This document shows, one piece after another, positions 28,223 to 32,000 of a stretch of DNA of 32,000 nucleotides. The position numbers and the translations under genes were made by a program. Source of the DNA: Desulfotalea psychrophila LSv54 (GTDB lineage: Bacteria > Desulfobacterota > Desulfobulbia > Desulfobulbales > Desulfocapsaceae); assembly GCF_000025945.1 (NCBI RefSeq), contig NC_006138.1:3150001-3182000 (forward strand), in the 5' to 3' direction. The notes beneath the pieces were generated by a model, which was given only the letters and a program-made list of their open reading frames with translations, did no database searches and had not been told where the DNA came from. Position 1 is the stretch's first letter; each line of letters starts with the position of its first letter.

Positions 28223-29809
28223 ATGAGTAAACAACTTGAGCAGGAAATCGCCAAACGGCGAACCTTTGGTATCATCAGTCACCCCGATGCAGGTAAAACA
28301 ACCCTTACAGAAAAGCTTCTCCTCTTTGGTGGCGCCATCAATATGGCAGGAGCAGTAAAATCTCGTAAGATTGAGCGCAAGGCAACCAGTGACTGGATGG
28401 CAATTGAACAGGAACGTGGAATTTCAGTTACAACCTCTGTAATGAAATTCACCTACAGGGAACATGAGATAAACCTCCTTGACACCCCGGGTCACCAGGA
28501 TTTTTCAGAGGATACCTATCGTGTACTGACGGCTGTTGACTCCGCAATTATGGTCATAGACAGCGCCAAGGGTGTTGAGGCTCAGACAGAAAAGCTCATG
28601 GAAGTATGTCGGATGCGTAATACTCCGATTATAACCTTTATCAATAAGCTTGACAGAGAAGGAATGCATCCACTTGATATCATGGCTGATATCGAGGACA
28701 AACTTCAGATAGAATGCGCTCCTCTCTCCTGGCCCATCGGTATGGGAAAAGACTTCAAGGGCGTTTACAATATCTACCAAAAGCGCCTGCATCTCTTTAC
28801 ACCGGGCACAGAAAGCATTGATGGTCAGGGGCAGATGATTGAAGACCTTGACGACCCCCTCCTCGATGAACTCCTTGGCCGTCAGGCAGTTGAACTCCGA
28901 GAGGACCTTGAGCTTCTGGCAGGGGCAGCCACCCCCTTGGAGTATGACCAGTATCTCAGTGCCACCCAATCACCTGTCTTTTTTGGAAGTGCCGTTAATA
29001 ATTTTGGTGTTCAGGAAATGCTTGACGCCTTTATTGACATGGCTCCTGCTCCCGGCCCGCGCATGGCTGTCAGCCGTGAAGTGCTGCCAAGCGAAGAAAA
29101 TTTTTCCGGTTTTGTCTTTAAGATACAAGCCAATATGGATCCTGCCCATCGGGATCGTATTGCCTTTTTCCGCATCTGTTCCGGCAAATTTACCCGAGGC
29201 ATGAAGGTACATCACCACCGTCTCGGCAAAGATATATCGCTTGCCAACGCCACCATCTTTATGGCCCAGGAACGAGCCAACGTAGAAGAGGCATGGCCTG
29301 GGGATATTATCGGCATTCATAACCATGGCACAATCAAGATCGGTGACACCTTTTCTATAAAAGAGCCCCTTAAGTTCACCGGCATACCCAACTTTGCGCC
29401 AGAACATTTTAGACGGGTTATCCTGAAAAACCCGCTAAAGATGAAGCAACTGCAAAAGGGCCTTATTCAGCTCGCTGAAGAGGGTGCTATCCAGGTATTT
29501 CGTCCAATCATTGGTGCTGATTATATCATGGGGGCAGTTGGTGTACTGCAGTTTGAGGTAACCATGGCACGACTCAAAAATGAGTATAGTGTTGATGCTA
29601 TCTACGAGCCTATCTCTTATCAGGCTGCCCGTTGGGTGAGCTGTGAAGATAAGAAGGCCCTGGCTGAATTTGAGAAGAAGAATCAATCAACTCTGGCCCG
29701 TGACTCAGAGGGATTCCTCACCCATCTTGCCCAAAGCGACTGGATGCTCAACTTCTTTATGGAAAAATGGCCTAATATCGACTTCCATAAGACCCGAGAA
29801 AACATTTAG
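28223..29809 (+). CDS. prfC: Peptide chain release factor 3
   Basis: 528 aa GTPase: [63 protein letters not shown]. Confidence 0.96.
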   Translation: MSKQLEQEIAKRRTFGIISHPDAGKTTLTEKLLLFGGAINMAGAVKSRKIERKATSDWMAIEQERGISVTTSVMKFTYREHEINLLDTPGHQDFSEDTYRVLTAVDSAIMVIDSAKGVEAQTEKLMEVCRMRNTPIITFINKLDREGMHPLDIMADIEDKLQIECAPLSWPIGMGKDFKGVYNIYQKRLHLFTPGTESIDGQGQMIEDLDDPLLDELLGRQAVELREDLELLAGAATPLEYDQYLSATQSPVFFGSAVNNFGVQEMLDAFIDMAPAPGPRMAVSREVLPSEENFSGFVFKIQANMDPAHRDRIAFFRICSGKFTRGMKVHHHRLGKDISLANATIFMAQERANVEEAWPGDIIGIHNHGTIKIGDTFSIKEPLKFTGIPNFAPEHFRRVILKNPLKMKQLQKGLIQLAEEGAIQVFRPIIGADYIMGAVGVLQFEVTMARLKNEYSVDAIYEPISYQAARWVSCEDKKALAEFEKKNQSTLARDSEGFLTHLAQSDWMLNFFMEKWPNIDFHKTRENI

Positions 29810-29897
29810 GGACTCGCTTGAAAAGCTGAGCCTTAAAAAAAATCTCTACTTCTCTAAATTCGAGGAGTAGAGATTGTATTCCAAACTCTCCAGATAC

Positions 29898-30191
29898 CTA
29901 CAAATCCTCCCCATCTTCTGCAAAGACAAGGGCATGCCCCTCGGTAAGGGCAAGTGCCACCTTTTTGCGGACACCTGAAATAATTCTTTGAATTGTCCCC
30001 CGGGAAACCCCCATTTTTTCCCCTGCCTGTTCCTGGGTAAGACCTTCTCCATCACAGAGCCGAAGTGCCTCCAGCTCATCCTGATAAATTTCAACCTGTT
30101 CTATCTCAGAGAGAGGCCGACCAGTAGGTTTAAAGGCTCGGCGACAAAAACTTCTCTGGCAATATCGAATTTTTTTAGGTCGTGGTGACAT
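29898..30191 (-). CDS. UPF0251/DUF134 helix-turn-helix protein
   Basis: MSPRPKKIRYCQRSFCRRAFKPTGRPLSEIEQVEIYQDELEALRLCDGEGLTQEQAGEKMGVSRGTIQRIISGVRKKVA; start at 30191 fits the family better than 30203. Confidence 0.9.
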   Translation of the reverse strand: MSPRPKKIRYCQRSFCRRAFKPTGRPLSEIEQVEIYQDELEALRLCDGEGLTQEQAGEKMGVSRGTIQRIISGVRKKVALALTEGHALVFAEDGEDL

Positions 30192-30674
30192 AAATCTTCT
30201 CAAATTTAGAAATAACGCTACTCAAAAGAGGCTACAGATGCCTCTAAAAACATTTTAGTAAAAGAGCTCTTACCGCTCTGGCCTACTCTTTCCTGAATAC
30301 AGATCTTTTTATACCCCGCCTAGGCATATAAGGCAAACAAGTCCGTGAACAGACCAGCGATTAACAGTAGGCACCAGCTCTATAAATCTCTATCGATTAC
30401 AAAAAACAGGCCTTGGGATTGAATTACTCTGGCCTTAATCCGCCAAACTTACTATGAGGAGTAGCAGGTCAGATGGTATTTCTGTTACTGAGCTTATAGA
30501 ACGGGTATTATGCATAAAGACAGACAAACCGGTACACACCGTCAATATAATTTCCAGAGTAATCCAAGGCATTAAAACTACCAACAAGAAATAGACATAA
30601 GCAGATCTATGCATTACATTATAGCCAATCTCAACACATAGTTTCACCAATTCTTACAAATAATTGCCCTTTTT

Positions 30675-31256
30675 ATGTCGAAAAAATCACTCCCTGCTTT
30701 CTTAACTTTACTCTTGACCCTCTCTAGCCTTTTTTTACCCCAGGCTCAGGCTCAGGATCCGGAAAAACAGGCAATACTCTCTCAACTCACCGCTGCCAAC
30801 TCCCAAAAAGATCTTCTCCTTTTTGGTAATCTAGAGAACAGCTTTAATGAAAGGGCAGTTGCAAGCCTGAAAAATGGCATAGCCCTACACTGTGATTTTT
30901 TCGTGGAGCTCTACAAGACGGCCCCCAACTGGCCGGACGAACTGATCAACAATAAAACTTTCAAACACTCCATATCTTACAATACCCTTAAAGATGATTA
31001 CGTCATTAAGCTTCAGGAAAAAAAAGAGCACAATATTCGCTCCGCATCCCTCCATGAAGCCCAGAAAATATTCCAGCAACTCAACGATGTACAGGTAGTG
31101 CCACTCTCGCAACTCATCCCAGACCAGCAGTACACCATTCGTATCAGGGCTGAGCTTAGCCAAGAATCTCTGCCCCCCGGAGTGACAAACATTCTTCCCT
31201 TTGTGACAAGTTCAAATATAAAGACAAAGTGGTATCCCATTGAGTTTAAATACTAG
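30675..31256 (+). CDS. Secreted DUF4390-like protein
   Basis: Signal peptide LLTLLLTLSSLFLPQAQA; short protein directly upstream of an NtrY-like kinase, the usual DUF4390 position; LYKTAPNWPDELINNKTFKHSISYNTLKDDYVI. Confidence 0.65.
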   Translation: MSKKSLPAFLTLLLTLSSLFLPQAQAQDPEKQAILSQLTAANSQKDLLLFGNLENSFNERAVASLKNGIALHCDFFVELYKTAPNWPDELINNKTFKHSISYNTLKDDYVIKLQEKKEHNIRSASLHEAQKIFQQLNDVQVVPLSQLIPDQQYTIRIRAELSQESLPPGVTNILPFVTSSNIKTKWYPIEFKY

Positions 31257-31279
31257 CTCAAAAAAACTACGGACGATCA

Positions 31280-32000
31280 ATGCATAATCTTGTAGACAAA
31301 AACAGCAGCAAATTCACCGAAGAGGAACAACGCCGACATAAACAAAAATTAATCCGTCGGGTAATTGTTCTCTGTCTTTGTCTCATCCCCCTTTTTATCT
31401 GGGTACAGAGCTATCTCGTCACCTCAAGGGGCGAGTCTAGCTTCAATAACAATATCCTGATATTTGCCCTCATCAATATAAACGTACTGCTGGTTCTTTT
31501 TGTCCTCTTTCTGGTATTACGTAATCTGGCCGAGCTCCTCTTTGAAAGACGAATCAGCAAACTTGGCAGAACACTTAAAACAAAACTCATTGCCTCTTTT
31601 CTCTCTCTCTCCCTCATACCAACCATCCTTCTTTTTTTTGTTGCCCTACAGTTTGTCTCCACCAGCATGGATTATTGGTTCAACACAAATATCGAAAATT
31701 CCCTTGAAGAGTCCCTTAAACTGGCCCAATCACTTTATCAGGATAAAAAAGAGCAGGCGGGTGACATAGGAAGAGCAATAGCCAAAACGCTTGAGGAAAA
31801 AGAGGGGCAAAAACAGAGCTCTGAAGATATTCAGCATATATTTAACAGTGCTACCTCCTACAATGGCATCGAGGGCCCAGATAGCATCAGCCTCATAGGC
31901 CATGAACAAAAGACAGAGGTCCAATCTCTTAGTGCAGATCTTGCCGGCATCTCTCTACCCAATATCCCCATCGCTACCCTGCAAAAGGTGAGAGAACAGC
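31280..32000 (+). CDS. NtrY-like sensor histidine kinase, N-terminal part only (runs off the window)
   Basis: Continuous open frame from the ATG at 31280: MHNLVDKNSSKFTEEEQRRHKQKLIRRVIVLCLCLIPLFIWVQS...LRNLAELLFERRISKLGRTLKTKLIASFLSLSLIPTILLFFVALQFVSTSMDYWFNTNIENSLEESLKLAQSLY. This matches the NtrY membrane N-terminus. Confidence 0.8.
   Translation, partial: MHNLVDKNSSKFTEEEQRRHKQKLIRRVIVLCLCLIPLFIWVQSYLVTSRGESSFNNNILIFALININVLLVLFVLFLVLRNLAELLFERRISKLGRTLKTKLIASFLSLSLIPTILLFFVALQFVSTSMDYWFNTNIENSLEESLKLAQSLYQDKKEQAGDIGRAIAKTLEEKEGQKQSSEDIQHIFNSATSYNGIEGPDSISLIGHEQKTEVQSLSADLAGISLPNIPIATLQKVREQ

Noticed and set aside
28505-28969. Minus-strand 154-aa ORF (and 28970..29407) opposite prfC
   Set aside because: The opposite strand encodes unambiguous RF3 throughout; these are shadow ORFs.
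1-32000. CRISPR array, tRNA/rRNA gene, insertion sequence, prophage, toxin-antitoxin or defence cassette
   Set aside because: Reading through, I found no regularly spaced repeats, no tRNA-like TTCRANNC/cloverleaf pattern in the gaps, no transposase/integrase motifs and no small paired TA-like ORFs. The gene content is housekeeping and envelope functions.

Overview
This window reads as a compact, mostly housekeeping bacterial chromosome segment. Gene order and protein flavour suggest a Desulfobulbales/Desulfotalea-like deltaproteobacterium, but that is recall only and untested. The main blocks are: (1) a minus-strand fatty-acid/phospholipid cluster, yceD(DUF177)-rpmF-plsX-fabH-[etfB-etfA remnants]-fabG-acpP-fabF-rpiB; (2) a long plus-strand run, rnd - small membrane protein - ffh-rpsP-KH-rimM-trmD-RNA methyltransferase(PF09936-like)-rplS-rnhB-yraN-pdxA-tmk-TPR lipoprotein-outer-membrane-type lipoprotein; (3) a minus-strand secreted protein of unknown function; (4) a plus-strand run with a two-part radical SAM/DUF2344 protein, PBP4-like DacB, a glycosyltransferase and a SYLF-domain protein; (5) waaA on minus, then an MFS permease and prfC on plus; (6) a UPF0251 regulator on minus; (7) a DUF4390-like protein and the start of an NtrY-like sensor kinase cut by the window edge. 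I found no CRISPR array, transposase, phage module, tRNA/rRNA or defence cassette, and no convincing new multi-gene system. The best observations are genome decay inside the otherwise essential-looking fab cluster. etfB has lost an internal segment and carries a frameshift, and etfA has an internal in-frame loss of roughly 80-100 codons. The conserved N-terminus of plsX (IALDAMGGDHG...) is encoded in a different frame from the rest of the gene.
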